A stretch of 63,947 nt of DNA, filler included, from Octopus bimaculoides (Eukaryota), in NCBI RefSeq assembly GCF_001194135.2. It is 5 parts of 5 records of this genome, joined end to end, with 100 filler letters (N's around TTAATTAATTAA, not from the genome) between each part and the next. Parts side by side here need not be neighbours in the genome. Positions count along the whole stretch, not along the records: positions 57,913 to 63,947 come from NC_068984.1; 4 more parts are not named here. The stretch is one strand, 5' to 3'. The position numbers and the translations under genes are program-made. Within the stretch, counting starts at the first letter, position 1; every line of letters starts with the position of its first letter. Under the pieces are notes generated by a model, which saw nothing but the letters and a program-made list of their open reading frames with translations, made no database searches and had not been told where the DNA came from. This document shows positions 63,291-63,947 of this stretch, in pieces.

Positions 63291-63377
63291 AGATTTTCCT
63301 CTTTTAAATGGTGTAACGTGGTAATGAGAATGTTTCCGTGCAGCACTTCCACCGTTCGTGCTCCAACGGAAGTAATG
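63291..63377 (-). other. candidate 87-nt internal exon
   Basis: Acceptor TTTATTCTCATAG| and donor CT|GTAAGT; length is a multiple of 3 and two frames are open. No homology recognised. Confidence 0.3.
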
Positions 63378-63404
63378 CTATGAGAATAAATTGAATTTCA
63401 TAAT

Positions 63405-63528
63405 AATAACAACAACAATACTAACGATAATAATAATAATAATGATAATAATAATAATGATAATAATAATAATAATAATAATAATAATTATTATTATTAT
63501 TATTATTATAATTATAATTATAATAATA
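63405..63528. repeat. (TAA)n/(TTA)n microsatellite
   Basis: Read directly from the sequence. Confidence 0.95.
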
Positions 63529-63529
63529 A

Positions 63530-63920
63530 AGGCAGTGGCTCTCATGGCCAGGCAATGGCTCTCATGGCTTCTGATCTTAATTGATTGGAAGTGTTATGTA
63601 CATTGTTTTGTCTTGGTATAAAAGATGGGCTACAGCAAATATTATGCTCAATACAACAGATTTGCATGTCAGTTGTTTGACCTTAACCAGTTGAGCATGT
63701 CCCTTAGTGGCTGACGATATGTGCATCTCTGATCATGAGCAGAAGTAGTGGGGGAGCAGCATAGCCATGTGTTGAGAGGAATTCTTTGCGGTCTGAATAA
63801 TTCACCTTTGGAATCATGGGTGTTTTGCTCAACATCTTTAACATTCTTAAACAAACCTTATTCAGGGACCTTTTGAGCGGGATGGGCTACTCGACCTGCA
63901 GAAAATTCTAACTGCGAGTT
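63530..63920 (-). repeat. unclassified interspersed repeat
   Basis: Homologous to 6560-6745 in the opposite orientation; no coding potential recognised. Confidence 0.7.
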
Positions 63921-63947
63921 TATGCGCTGTTTATCTTGATATGAGAT

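Overview
AT-rich, microsatellite-saturated eukaryotic scaffold with about 22 N-gaps. Four of the gaps are 100-bp assembly spacers carrying (T)TAATTAATTAA. The SINE content and microsatellite load point to an octopus (coleoid cephalopod) draft assembly; this is inference. I can support no intact protein-coding gene, and nearly all ORFs in the supplied track come from N-runs or microsatellites. The window is a transposon graveyard: mariner, maT/DD37D-like, pogo/Tigger and hAT-like transposase relics, a Helitron-like end, RTE, R4/Dong-like and Penelope (GIY-YIG) retroelement fragments, and more than 30 tRNA-derived SINE pieces. Two signals stand out. (i) Four type I hammerhead ribozyme (HHR) motifs at 12.5, 13.6, 37.4 and 51.3 kb (the last one degenerate), all with a self-complementary stem III. 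Two of them sit in a homologous ~200-nt module that shows compensatory base changes. (ii) A chimeric processed pseudogene at 37.6-38.1 kb on the minus strand, in which an arsenite methyltransferase (AS3MT-like) cDNA fragment interrupts an LSM8 retrocopy directly downstream of a hAT-like transposase relic. All translations and folds were done by eye; no database searches were run.
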